NCBI RefSeq assembly: GCF_902713615.1
Contig: NW_024055676.1
Location: 620,877-684,876, forward strand
Length of the DNA stretch: 64,000 bases
Source: Scyliorhinus canicula
Taxonomy: Eukaryota
Direction: 5' to 3'
Below are positions 10,013 through 22,830 of this stretch, in pieces (within the stretch, counting starts at the first letter, position 1; the number at the start of each line of letters is the position of its first letter). The notes below the pieces were generated by a model. The model was given only the letters and a program-made list of their open reading frames with translations. It was not told the origin of the DNA and did not search any database. Both the position numbers and the translations under genes were made by a program.

Positions 10013-13000
10013 AAACTGAACAGACCACACTCCTACAGATAGAGTACGTGTATGTATGTGAGATAGGTGTTAGAGGGAGAATAAAATAATTTGCAAGGGA
10101 GAGTTTCTGTGTGAGAGTGTGTGAGGGGATGTGTGTGTGTGAGATTTTGTGTGTGAGTGAGAGAGGCAATGTGCGTGAGAGTGTGTGTAAACGAAAGATT
10201 GTGTGCGTGAGTTCGAGATAGTGTGTGTATGATTGAGTGTGTGTGTGACAGAGATTAGAGAGCATGTGGGTGTGTACCTCAGACAGTGAGAGAGAGACCA
10301 CGTGTGTCACAGAGAGACAGAATGTGGGGGCGCGTTTGTGTGTTTCTGAGAAGGTGCGAGTATGCCAAAGAATATGTCTCTGTTTGAGTGAGAGAATGTG
10401 TGTTTGCGAGATACTGTTTGTGTGGGAGCGTTTGTATCTATATGAGGGAGAGACCGTGTGTCTGAGAAGGACAGATTGTGCGGCCGAGTTTGTGTGTTTC
10501 TGAGAGAACGTGTGAGGGAGTGTGCCAAAGAACATGTCTGTGTTTGAGTGAAAGAAAGTGTGTTTACGAGATATGTATGTACCAGTGTTTGTGTGTGTGA
10601 GAGAAATAAGTGTTTGTGTGAGTATGTTTGTGTTTGTGTATGAGTGTGCATGTGCGAAAGAGAGATTTTGTGTGAGAGAGACACGTGACACAGTGTGCAT
10701 GAGAGAGCAGGTGAGAGAATGTGTGTGTGACAGGGTGCGTGTGTGCGTCTGTGGAAGTGTGTGTGAGAGAAAGGGAGAGAGATAGTATGTTTGAGATTGT
10801 GTGTGTGAAAGAAGGATTGATTCTGTTTGAAGAGCGATTATGGATGTGAGACTGTGTGGGAGACGGAGATCTGTGTGTCTGATATAGTGTGTCCGTAATA
10901 GAGAGGGAGTGTGTGAGAGAAAGAATGTGCATCTGAGAGAGTGTGTCAGAGAGAGAGAGAATGTGAGAGAGAGAATGTGAGATACTGCATGCCTGAAAGA
11001 GATAGATTGTGTGTCAGAGAGAGAATGAGACAGTGTCCATAAGAGAGAGAGGGCATGTGCCAGGGTGCACGTGTGAGAGTGCGTGAGAGCGAGAGAGTGA
11101 GAGAGTAATAATGTGGTGGCGAGTTTGTGTGCGTCTGAGATATTGTGTGTGTGTATATACGAGAAATGTGTGTGAGAGAGAGCCTGAAAGAAAAAATGCT
11201 ACGTTTGAAGAGCGATTATGCATGTATGTGAGGGAGAGGGTCTGTGTGTCTGAGAGTGGGTGTGAGAGTGAGGCAAGGTGTGTCAGAGATTTGGTGAAGG
11301 AGAGTGCGTGTGAGAGTGAGAGAGCGTGTGAGCGAATGTGTGTGAGTGAGAGAGCGTGTGAGTGAAAGTGTGTGTGAGAGATCGTCACAGTGTGTCTAAG
11401 AGTGAGACTGTGAGAGTGTGATTGTGTGTGAGGCACAGTGTGTATGTTTCAAAGAAGTATTGTGATTATGTGTGTGAGAGAATGAGTTTGTGCGAGGCTG
11501 TGAGAGAATGTGTGTGAGAGAGCGAGAGTGTGTCTGTGTTTGTGATGATGCATGGGTGCACCAAAACCTGCATGTTCTCTTCCAAGACACTCACCACCCT
11601 GATTCTGAAATATACTGCCAATCCTTCACTGTCGCCGAGTCAAAATTCTGGAACTCCCTCCCTGACAATATTGCAGATAGACCTCCGCCACATGGACTGC
11701 AGCTATTCAAGGATGCTTCACATCAAAACTTTCCCAAGAACCCTTAGGCATATATAATAAAATCTGGCCTTGCCAGCGCCTCCAGAATCCTAGGATAGGA
11801 TTAAAAATATAATGCAAAGGGATTTCTCCGCTGCACTGACCCATTAAATAAATCAAGGACTGCCATAGCACGGAATGTAACCCAATAAATCGCTCTCTGC
11901 ATTGCCTAATCGAAAATTCCCAAGACCAATACACCACTGCTTAAAAATCAACCAAATCTCCTTTTCCAGCCTGTCTGGCGTTGCTGAATTCTTTCTGTCA
12001 CAATCTGGATTTGGAATCCCCTTTCTGAGTCGCCTGGTCAAACATCAAGTACAATTTCCACATTCCACACATATACAAGTTTTATTGAAGGACTTGATCA
12101 AATTGCACTCCCTGAAATATTGGAAAATGAAGTAGAAGATTTACAACCATTCAGGAAGATTCCTGGTCCCAGCACAGTGACCGCGCGCACATAAACTGAA
12201 CAGACACACATGACAACAATCGAGTTCCAGCAGATAGATCTGTTCAATCTGTCAATTTCATGAAACTGTTTGATTCTAATTGATCAATGGTCAACTTCCG
12301 ACAACAATAATTTAGTGATTTATTTGAAATTAAACTGACATTAATTTCAAAACTGCATTCGGTTTTTAACTATTTCTCTCCGTCTGTCTCAAAACTCGAT
12401 AATTGGGCAAAAAGTAGTTTTGCTGAAAATGAGCAGATTAAATATTACAGATTCAGGGTAGATTAATGACGGAACAGAGACTCAGTGACAGGGCAATAAT
12501 TAAACAAACCAGGAAATATTCACATTAGCCACTGATACGATCTAAAATCACAACTAAATATAATCAGCAAAAGAATCAGGGCAAAAGAATGTAATCAGCA
12601 AAAGAGTTTAGCTGCACACAGCAGTGTAAAGGAATGTATGGTTTCCTAAATTCATTTCAGATATTATTAAAGTTCTCTAAAACCATTTGAGATATTGCAC
12701 GCCAGGATACAACTCAATTGTAGGAGATCATTTATGTTGAATTAATTCTCACTGATATTGTATTGTAAGTTATTGTTAATTGTCAGCTAATTCTTTATTC
12801 GATTATCTGTACTATAATAATAAATATAACAAAAATAGCTTTCAATAATCCCTAACTTGTTTTACCCAGAGCTTTATGAAATAATTGGGGTTTAATTAAA
12901 ACAACCTGACAATCAAACAATGTTGAGCAATAAACTCCAAATTACTAGATGGAAACATCTTAACATTTAATTGACTGTATTCACATTTTAATTTTTTAAA

Positions 13001-15270
13001 CTCCAATTGCCCTATTCGACCTACAAATGTGCAAAATATGCGCCTTTCTGAACGCATTGATAAATCATAAACTCCATCTATTCTCAGAAAGTAATGAATA
13101 TAACGAGAACAGCTCAGTAATGTTTATTCAAATCATTTGTAAAACTGACACATTATGAGCAAGTAGCGTCGACAATTTGATGTTGAATTTAGCATTTAAT
13201 AAAATTTAAGCCTAAAGCTAAGATATAATCATTCCTTCTTTCCTATCATCTGTTTTCCTATAATTCTATCGTATGTAGAGCACAGCTATGGGAGACAGGG
13301 TGTCATTATAAAATGCAAAGGTACTGTTAACCTTTTGTAAATAAATAAATCGGTTTGACATTCAAGCTTTTACTTTTCAATCTCTTGCCATAGGCAATCT
13401 GAACTTTCCTATAATACAAATAAAATCATGGGAACAATTCATTGATTGGCAGCGACTTCCACATCTCAGAAACCTGTTTAAAATTAGATTAATGATAATT
13501 CCCTCGCTATCCAACTGCGCATTACAGTGAAGGGATAATATGGTTGCAGCGCCACAGAAATAATAGAATAACTGGAATTACAAAGTATTTCCAGCCTAGA
13601 AACCTGTCCGGTCATGTTAACCTCGTGCAGAACACAGCAGGATTGTAAAAGTTGATTAATGATGAATTATATTAATATATAATAAGCTTTGGTTAATATG
13701 GAGTTGTATCACCGCATTGCAATTGTTTGAATTATATAAATGTTACTATGTTCGGCATGGGCGTTTCAGTCATTATTTCGTTTAATCTGGAATCTTCAGT
13801 TAAAATTACAAAATGCATCAACATATCTTTATTAGATTATTTTCTTAAGCCTGGCTGTTTTCTCCGGACATTCGCCTTTCAAGCATTTTCAAACGCCGAG
13901 ACTGTTTGCATTCAACCAGAAAACGTGTAACCGCTCAGTGTCACCGAGTTTAAACAATGCAGAAACAATGCAGAAACGCTGAACCGTTTGACAGATCTGA
14001 ATCATTTAAAGTCACCCAGATACACAATCTCCTCAACAGAACAAAACACTAAATCACATCAATGAAGGACTGAAACCCGTTTATGGAGAAGCAGCTCAAT
14101 TCTACATCGAACAGGATCAAACTTAACATTGCAAGAAAATATCAATATCCAGCAAACCAACTCGTAACCAAATGTATGAATTATTAAACTAAACAGAAAT
14201 GTGGAATAACAGCAATAGCATTGCGAGGTGCTCGAATATTAACAACAAATAAATATTGAAACTTAACCATTTTTTTCATACTGAGTCACTTTTCAAACAC
14301 ATTTAAATGCTTTTAATGTTTGCAGTTGATGGTAAAAGCTGCAACCATCAGATGCCACCGAGATTAAACTTTGCACAAACGGCAAACTGATTGCAGCAAC
14401 AACTTGTGCTCGGAAAGGATTTGTGGCAAAACGTGGCTTAGTTTAATCTGCAATTTTCACTTTTTTTTTCAAGATGCAGAAACAGCCTCCCTGTTCTCTG
14501 CCGACAATCCTGCGACAAGCAGTTTCAAACACGCAGACTCTGCATTCAATCACAAAACGTGTAACCGCTCAGTGTCACCGAGTTGAAACAATACAGACAC
14601 ACCAAACCGTTTCACAAACTTTTCTACACAAAGTCACCCAAAAACATTCCTCAGCAGGAAAACACCAAACCACATCACTGAAGGAGTGAAACATCACGGA
14701 GAAGCAGCTCAATTCTACAAACACTTCCAAAAGAATCAAATGTAACATTGCAAGAACATCTCAATTTAGAATGCACCAAACCCCCATTTCATCAAATGAA
14801 CGAACAGGTAAACTAAACAGAAAACCTGAATAATACCATCAGCACTTTCAGTAAGCAGAACATGTTCAATAAGATAATACAGAAACTTTAGCACATTTTG
14901 TCAATGTTGGTATCGATCTCATACACTTGTGCAGAAGACGGTACAAATTGCAGACATTAGATAGAACCGAGATTAAACATCGTAAAAACACACGTTTTGT
15001 ATTTAAAGTAACCCAGCCACACAGTATCCTCAGCAAATAAACATCAAATCACAGCAAACAGGGACTGAATCCCTCAGCAGCATCTTTCTGTCAAGAAACC
15101 GCGGGATTCTATATCCCCCTTTCAGCAGAACCAAATGAAACATTGCAACAACATCTCAATACATGATCCACCAAAACACATTTCAGTGAACGAATGGATT
15201 TTGAAAATGCAGAAAAATATAAAACAAATACTCAAGTAAAACAGTTGGTAAATGACGAAATGGTTCTTAC

Positions 15271-15318
15271 CTGCAGTCACCGTCACCATGGTCCCCTGTC
15301 CCCAGTAGTCAAAGTAGT
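15271..15318 (-). CDS. IGHJ: JH segment (YFDYWGQGTMVTVTA)
   Basis: WGQG motif, phase-1 GTAAG donor, RSS upstream. Confidence 0.97.
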
Positions 15319-15357
15319 CACAGTGTCACATTCCCTGGGCTGCTCCATACAATAACC
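15319..15357 (-). other. JH 5' 23-RSS
   Basis: GGTTATTGT - 23 nt - CACTGTG on the minus strand, abutting J. Confidence 0.93.
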
Positions 15358-15679
15358 GCACCTGCACAAAATAGACAGAAATCCACCATTATTTTAAATA
15401 TTCACAAACCAACGGCAAAGAAAATTCACGATTAATTTTCAGGAAATTATGTTAATATTTGTGGATACCGTTCTCTCTTCATAAACGACCGAATGGTTTA
15501 TATTTCACAGATATGGAAATGTTACTGAAAACACCAACTGTGACTAACTAACGACCACCAAATTTCTATTTTCATTCTTATTATTTTGTCAGTGCTGGAA
15601 ATAAATAATGCTTCACTGTGAATAAAGTTGGATTGTAAAAGCGAGCACTGAGCCAGCCTCAGTTAATTAGTGCTGAGGG

Positions 15680-15745
15680 GCTTTTTGTATTGACAGTAAC
15701 TGCTGTGCCCCAGTTATCACAGTGAGACACAGCGTGTCAAATACT
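15680..15745 (-). other. IgH D2 segment (ATAACTGGGG, 15717-15708) with a 12-RSS on both sides
   Basis: Plus strand reads GCTTTTTGT-12-TGCTGTG / 10-nt D / CACAGTG-12-TCAAATACT. Confidence 0.9.
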
Positions 15746-16058
15746 GCGGCAGACTTGTTAACTGAAAAATACAGAGATTTAATTTCACTGCTCACTCAAA
15801 AACCTAACTCTGTCTCTTCCAAGAGCGAATGGGTGAGTTATTTCAGCTTGTCCGGGTCATTACATTTATAAAGAGGGTCGGAACATTTTAAAAACCTCTG
15901 TGCAGATTTAGCGAGTCGGTCAACAGAGATAAAGTGGAAGATTTTTATACCTTTTTGTAAATTAATATTACTTCCAAACTTTGTTTTATTTAAAACTCAT
16001 TTACATTGACGATCCTGTTGTGGCGCTGATCACCAATTTGAACAAACTATATCACTGA

Positions 16059-16139
16059 GGTTTTTGTATGAGGATGTCGCTGTGCACAGCACTGTGACCC
16101 ACTGCTGTAGTCACAGTGACAGACACCCGCACAAAAACT
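16059..16139 (-). other. IgH D1 segment (ACTACAGCAGTGGGT, 16111-16097) with 5' 12-RSS and 3' 22-RSS
   Basis: Plus strand reads GGTTTTTGT-22-CACTGTG / 15-nt D / CACAGTG-12-ACAAAAACT; matches the shark V-D1-D2-J cluster pattern. Confidence 0.95.
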
Positions 16140-16509
16140 GCACTCACTCTCTGTTCAGTCCTGCCGCTCAATATTCACTTCAAATACACGTTTACTTCTG
16201 ATCTAATTTACTATTTATACAGCAGTTTATCAAATCCAATGTACATAGATTTTCCCAAGTATCAGGAATAATAAAACGATGATTATATTCAAGTCTGTAT
16301 TTGCTGAAACTGTGAACAGTAAATATAAACAGACAAAAGCTCATCCTATTAGATCGATTGGTTTGTTCGGCTTTACTGTTTAATTTTCTCTGTGTTAGTT
16401 ATGTAAGAAGCAGCTTGTGCAATGACTCTGATCACTGACATTAATATTACATTTGAATCAAGTACTGACCTTCAGGTTAAGGTGCAAGTTGCTGAATTTC
16501 CTCTCGAGC

Positions 16510-16548
16510 TGTTCTTGTGCGGGTCCAGCCCTGGTTCCTCTCGCTGTG
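16510..16548 (-). other. VH 3' 23-RSS
   Basis: CACAGCG - 23 nt - ACAAGAACA on the minus strand. Confidence 0.92.
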
Positions 16549-16851
16549 GTCTCTTGCACAGTAATAGATGGCGGTGTCTTCGGTCTTCAGGCTCCTCATG
16601 GCCAAAGATAAGATGTTGTTTGAAGTGTCTTTGGACGCAGTGAATCGATCTTTAATTGCTGCGGCGTAGCTGTTGTCTGATGAACTATAGTAATATACCA
16701 ACCACTCCAGCCCCTGTCCGGGAACCTGGCGGATCCAGTGCATGTAAGCGGTGCCGAGATCGAAGCCGCTGGTTTTACAGGTCAGTGTCAGGGAGCCTCC
16801 GGGACGCCCGGTCTCTGCCTCTGGCTGAGTCAACACAACATCCGACTGGAC
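16549..16851 (-). CDS. IGHV: IgM-type VH exon, intact and unrearranged ([30 protein letters not shown]...[13 protein letters not shown]...[11 protein letters not shown])
   Basis: TTTACAG acceptor, 303-nt open frame with canonical Cys/Trp/YYC, followed directly by an RSS; typical elasmobranch IgM VH framework. Confidence 0.96.
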
Positions 16852-16981
16852 ACCTGTAAAAATATATCAAAAAGCCCGAGGATTAATGCTGGTGAAATGA
16901 TTGGTGACTCTGGAACATTCCAGAGAGAGACTAACACTGAGACAGTAACAGTGAGAGACTTGGACAATAAAAACTACTCAC

Positions 16982-17027
16982 GGGATAAGAAAGTCAGCAA
17001 CAAACTGAGAGAAATGGCCCACCTCAT
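16982..17027 (-). CDS. IGHV: IgM VH leader exon (MRWAISLSLLLTFLS, phase 1)
   Basis: ATG at 17027-17025, 46 nt hydrophobic exon, GTGAGT donor; joins the V exon in frame. Confidence 0.93.
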
Positions 17028-17117
17028 CCTTCTGGTCATTTGGGGGAAATGGTTGTGTCAGGAACTCAGTGAACAAACCAGCTCCCGGACTGTTGGATTC
17101 GGGTCCCAGTGAGCGGC

Positions 17118-17190
17118 ATTTAAATACCCGGCAGAAGGGGGCGGCTTTCCAGGCGCCGCCTGTTGATTCCCTGGTGGAGGCGGCGCCTGG
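17118..17190 (-). promoter_or_regulatory. VH promoter: TATA-like TATTTAAAT (17126-17118), GC box and paired palindromes
   Basis: TATA-like box about 90 nt upstream of the leader ATG; GGGGCGG at 17138-17144; 13-bp inverted repeat at 17149-17161/17178-17190. Confidence 0.6.
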
Positions 17191-19387
17191 ATCCACGTCC
17201 CACCTTCCACACCCCCAACAGAATGGACTCAGATATTTACTATAGGTTATTATTAAAAAGTGACATTAGATCGGTATATTTGTTTGGCTGAATGGATTCA
17301 TTGTAATGTCTATCCTCATCCGAATGGAAAATTACATTTGAGCATCTCTGAGTAAAATCTAATTCCATTATACATTAAGTCTCTTTATTTCTGCACTCCA
17401 ATATAAAGGGATGAATATAAACAGAATAAATTATATTTATCAGGGTATAAATCGTCTGTCTATCCAATTACAACAGCAAAGTATAATTTCTCAGACGAAA
17501 TGTAACTAAATGAGGGAATGAATGACGTGATTACATTTGCAGTGCGGATGGCCATCACTGTACAATGTGGGTCTGTCGACAAGAAGAAACTCCTCACATT
17601 ATACAATGTCTCTCTTTACATTTCTCGATTTGCCCCTGAGCCTCAGACAGTCCTGTGAACATTAGCGGTAAAAGAAGCCGCTTGCCTGATAATTCAGCAG
17701 TGAGTTGACAGAGAAACATAAAATTCAGACCAGCTTTTGACAGAGAAGTTAATGAATCAGAACGGACGCGGCGATCAGCAAAGTTATCCTTTAGCATCCA
17801 AATCGTTGCCGCTAATTTTACTGACCAGCGGCTGTCTAACATTCACTGGTGTTGGGAACACAGGATATCAGGACTTTGCGGCATATTACACGATATCACA
17901 GGAATAAATGTTTTATTCTCCACGAAAGCAGGTCATGAACTGGTCATTTCTCCACTCATTGGCAGCAATGAGAGGGACTGTTAAACAATTGAAATCCAGA
18001 CAAATTAAACTGTACATAACACGGTGTTAATCGGGTATAAGAGATCAAGGAGATCAAGAATTCGGAGAATATTCTAGGAATCCCCGCGAGTTTAAGGCAG
18101 TTTATTTACTTTAAATTCATTTTATTTTATTTTTTGTAATTGAAGTCATCTTATTGAACTTGTGGATTGGGTCCATCAACACCACTCACTCTCACTTCAT
18201 TAGGCTCTTAACAAACGGACTTTAATAACTAGAGGTACCTTTCCTCGGAACTAATATAAATTAAATAGCATCTGGTCAGTTAACTATTTTCCCATTGTGT
18301 TTAATCTCATAGTGAACAAAACATTCAGTGAATATATTTCTTTGCATGGATCACCATTTAAAACGTTTAGTTCATGTGAGACTGAAACATTTATTGTTTG
18401 AATGGATAAATCCCATTTAATCCATTCATATTCAGGTTAATCTGCCCCACACAGTATTTGGCAGCAATCCAGCCGCCTGCAGTCAGGGAGGCTCGAATGT
18501 TCAATGTTGTTTACAGGAAGCATCTGGATTTGTTTTTCAGAGATCTGTTTGCTCAGTACTGACCGCTTGGCTGCAAGCCAACTTCAAATTCTTAACATTG
18601 TCAATGAGGACTATTTATAAACAAATCTACCCAGCAACAGTACTGGAGATCATTTTATGTTTTAAATTGCGAATTTATTTGAACTGTTCCCATCTCTAAG
18701 GAAAGGAGAGTTATCCAGCTTTTCTAGCCTCTCTTAACAACACTAACCGGCTGGAGGATCTCTCCCACACCTCATAACATTGTGATGATGGATAGAAATA
18801 CAAGCAGACTATCAGACAGAGGGTACATTTTGTAATAGATAAACATGTGCATTGATGTGTTTTCCCTTTATTCTTCCGTGGAATGTGGGACTCACTGGCA
18901 AGACCGCCATGTGTTCCCTGTCCCTAATTGCTGTTGAACTGAGTGGGCCAGCTCAGAAGGAACTGAAGAGTCAGACATGTTGCTGTCTGACTGGAGCCAC
19001 ATGTAGGTGAGACCAGGGAGGGATGTCAGATTTCCTTCATTGATGATGCAGAGGGGATTTCATGGTCACCATTATTATGTATTCCAAATTTATTAATTGA
19101 TATCAAATTCCACTACTGACCAGAGTGGGATTTGTACCTGAGTCCCCACAGGATTAGACTGGGCCTTTGGATTACTGGCACAATAACATGAATGCTACAC
19201 CACCACATGCCAAAAGATAAAGAGATGACTGCTTTCATGTAGGGATGGATGTTGGTTGGATGCCTGAATATTTTGAATGAGGAATCAGTGAATGTGGTTG
19301 ATGGATGGATGGATAGATGGTCTGAAATATGTTGTTCCACATTCTCAATTTTGCGCTTGATAAATTAAAGCAGGTCCTTCATAATTT

Positions 19388-19730
19388 GTGGATAGCACAA
19401 TTGCTTCACAGCTCCAGGGTCCCAGGTTCGATTCCGGCTTGGGTCACTGTCTGCGTGGAGTCTGCACATCCTCCCCGTGTGTGTGTGGGTTTCCTCCGGG
19501 TGCTCCGGTTTCCTCCCACAGTCCAAAGATGTACAGGTTAGGTGGATTGGCCATGATAAATTGCTGTTAGTGTCCAAAATTGCCCTTAATGTTGGGTGGG
19601 GTTACTGGGTTATGGGGATAAGGTGGAGGTGTTGACTTTGGGTAGGGTGCTCTTTCCAAGAGCCGGTGCAGACTCGATGGGCCGAATGGCCTCCTTCTGC
19701 ACTGTAAATTCTATGATACTCTATGAATAT
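19388..19730 (+). mobile_element. HE1-like SINE with (CTATGA)-type tail
   Basis: tRNA-like head, conserved core and CR1-like 3' end. Confidence 0.8.
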
Positions 19731-20599
19731 GATAATTAGTGCCAGACTAATATATTCGGTGGCTGAAGCTTTTCTGGCTGAATTCCATCCCCAGACTATC
19801 GGGAACTGACGAGCTGGACGTCACTAAGAGGAAAGTAGAGATATTCCTGCGGTTCTCGCGATTCTTCTCTGCTGATGGCGAATCTTCATTTCAAAGGCAG
19901 AAAGCGGGAAAATGATTACATTGAGGAGGGACGGTTGTAATATTGTGGGCATGTGGTCATTTCATGTACAAAAGCCACTCCAGATGTCCCGACACAACTT
20001 AATGAAGACACCAGACTGAAAACAGAAATCCTGTGAAACTCAGTGGACAGATGCAGACGTTGAATTGCTTTCCAAAACAGTGTAATAACAAATCGGGATT
20101 TAAAGATTCATTAATGTCACATCAGGTACAGGTATTTTCATTTCTACCGACACTTTAAAAATCATCTCACCCTCCAGTCTGGCGATTCTGTGTGAGGACG
20201 AGGTGATTACTGACCAATACAGCGCAGAGGCTGCTGGGAGGCTGTACATTATCCTCGGTGTGGTTTAATTCCATTTCACATTGAATTCTGATGCAGATGT
20301 TACTTGTTGGTGACAGAATGGTCAATGCTATCTCAATGATGTTTAATCTCAATAAATAATGTTAAACATAGGAATTAGGAGCAGAAGTCGGAGTTTCAGA
20401 CATTCGAGCCTGCTCCGCCATTCAATCGTCATGGCTGATCTCTTCCTGGTCTCAAAACCACCTCCCTTAAATGAATTGCTTTTACATTTTGTAAAACCAA
20501 ATGCGGAAAATAATAGGTCAATGTAACTATTTATGTTGTGAGTTGATCATAATTGATTAATATAGTTATTTAACTTTGTGAGTTGTGATAATTGGTAAC

Positions 20600-21450
20600 A
20601 TTCGCCACGGAAGTGCTAAAGAATGACCATCTCCACCAAAATAGAATCTAACAATCTCTCCTTGACATTCAGTGATATTGTCATCGCTGAATACCCAATT
20701 ATCAATACCCTGGGGTTACCATTGACCAGAAAGTGTCCTGGATTGACCATATAAATGCTGAGGTGACATGATCTGGTCAGGGTCGAGGAAATCTGTGGCG
20801 AGTAACTCACTCCTGACTCCCAAAGCCTGTTCACCATCTATAAGGCATAAGTCAGGAGTGTAATTGAATACTCTCAAGTTGCCTGGCTGGGTGCAGCTCC
20901 AACAACACTGAAGAAGCTTGACACCATCCAGGCCAAAGCAGCCCGGTTGATTGTCACCCTATGTGCAAACACTCTTATGAGGGACATGGATAGAATGGAT
21001 GGGCAGGAACGCATTTCCAGGGTGGAGAGGTCTGTCACCAGGGAGCATAGGTTTAAGGTCCATGGGGTATAGTTTAGAGGAGATGTGCGAGGCAAGGTTC
21101 CATCCACCACCGACGAACAATGACAATAATGTACCATCCACAAGATGCACCGCAGAAACGCATCAAATCTCATTTGAAAAGCCTTCTCAACCGTGGTCCA
21201 TTACCTTCTAGAAGGAAAAGGCAGCTGACACATGGGAAGGTCACCAGCTGGAAATTCCCCTCCAAATCACTCACTATCCTGACTTGGAAATATATCGCAG
21301 AATCTTCGGTGTCGCTGGTTCAAACGGCTAGAACTCCCACCCGACCAGCACCGTCGGTGTACCTACACTAGAGTGACTGCAGAGGTTCAAATAGGTAGCA
21401 CACCACCACTCTGTGAAAGACAATTAGCGATGGACAATAAATCATGGCCT
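20600..21450. mobile_element. Decayed L2/jockey-like LINE fragments, partly in opposite orientations
   Basis: Similar to the LINE relics at 24200-25530 and 51080-51650. Confidence 0.55.
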
Positions 21451-21849
21451 GGCTAGCGACACCCGTACCATATAACTTAATTTAAAACTGTACTAATTTT
21501 TGTGAAACGACGGTAATTGGTGAATTCAATTATTTATATTCATAATTGAATGAAGATTGATGAATACAATTACTATGTTTCTGAACATTTCTGTCCTTCT
21601 CCTTCTCTGATGGAAGATATAACCCATCCCACAGGAGATTCATGATGCAAAATCATAACCAATATCTGAAAATAAAGTGGACAGAGGAAACTGCAGCAAC
21701 TATTGACATATCTCACTCATAGCAGCACTGGGAAGGGCTTTGCTGGCTTCACACTTTGAACATTTCATCTGCTTGCAGGCCGAATGTAGCTGGAAGCACG
21801 GTGTGGTGTTTGTGTCGCAAGATTTACTCTGGGCGTGATCTGTTCCCTA

Positions 21850-22265
21850 TACCACAAGTCTACCTCTTCAACTTGCTTTCATCAACATCAATAAACATTC
21901 GACACCGTCAGCAGAGCAGAGACTATAGGTTTTGGGGATAATTGGCTGTCTGCTAAAGCTCCCCTGTCTCATTCACTCCTTCCATGGCAAAATGCGCTGC
22001 ATTGTACAGATTGACGATTCCACTTCCGACAGATTCTAAGTGAATAATTGAGTGAAAGAGGACCGTGTGATTGACCCAACTCTATTTGGGAGCTTTCTCT
22101 TCAAGCTGCTGATCTTTGCCTTCCCTGAAGATATGGATGAAATCCACTAGCACACTCGGTCAGGCTGCAACCCCTACAACCTTTCAGTCATCAAAACGGA
22201 GACAAAATCACAATGCATCCGCATCAGAGAATTCCTCCACGCTGAAAATTCGATCATCCAAACAA
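21850..22265 (+). mobile_element. RTE-clade LINE reverse transcriptase fragment
   Basis: Frameshifted translation LAFINI..FDTVSRA...LIHSFHGKMRCIVQIDDSTSDRF*VNN*VKEDRVIDPTLF...HTRSG..YNLS...IREFLHA follows the RTE/BovB RT pattern. Confidence 0.7.
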
Positions 22266-22527
22266 AACCTCATCCACAGAGACTCATGGACTCTGTCCCC
22301 AATGCCTGTAACTTGATCTTCCTTGCCATAAGCATGAGGAAAACAGTGAACGTGGACAAGGTGTTGCACTTTCTGCCTTGATGTAGAACATGATGCTGAC
22401 ATGGGGAAAGCAGGTACTACCTTTGTTTGACTCATTAAAATGTCCATGGAATAACATCAAGCTTTGGAATGAGCTAATGGTTTATAAGGCCTAAACTCTC
22501 AGAACCTTAGGTCAGCAAGTTAGAACA

Positions 22528-22830
22528 GTGGCAAGCACAGTTGCTCCATAGCTTCAGGGTCACTGTGCAGAGTCTGCAAATTCTCTCCGTGTCTGCGTGG
22601 GTTCCTCCGGGCGCTCCGGTTTCCTCCCACAGTCCTAAAATGTCCAGGATAGGTGGATTGGCTATGCTAAATTACTATTAGCATCCATAAAAGGTCAGAT
22701 GGTATTACAGAGATAGGGTGGAGATGCGGGGATCGGGTGGAAGTACGGGTTAGGTAGGATGCTGTCTCCAAGGGACTTGATGGGCCGAATAGCCTCCTTC
22801 TGCACTGTAAATTCTATGATTCTATGAACC
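22528..22830 (+). mobile_element. HE1-like SINE
   Basis: Same core and tail as the copy at 19388-19730. Confidence 0.75.

Larger units (their letters stand above)
4975..11540. repeat. Large G/T/A-rich minisatellite and low-complexity block; core 14-mer GTGTGAGTGAGG(G/C)T, (TG/AG)-rich from about 10050
   Basis: Direct reading; source of all the His/Thr/Leu/Ser ORFs in the track. Confidence 0.95.

Noticed and set aside
4463-11590. Many long ORFs (up to 355 aa) rich in His/Thr/Leu/Ser/Pro
   Set aside because: They are translations of the C/A-rich strand of the minisatellite, which has few stop codons; no protein domain.
17521-17545. TGACGTGA and ATTTGCAG read as a VH CRE/octamer
   Set aside because: Imperfect matches about 500 bp upstream of the ATG; not distinguishable from chance.
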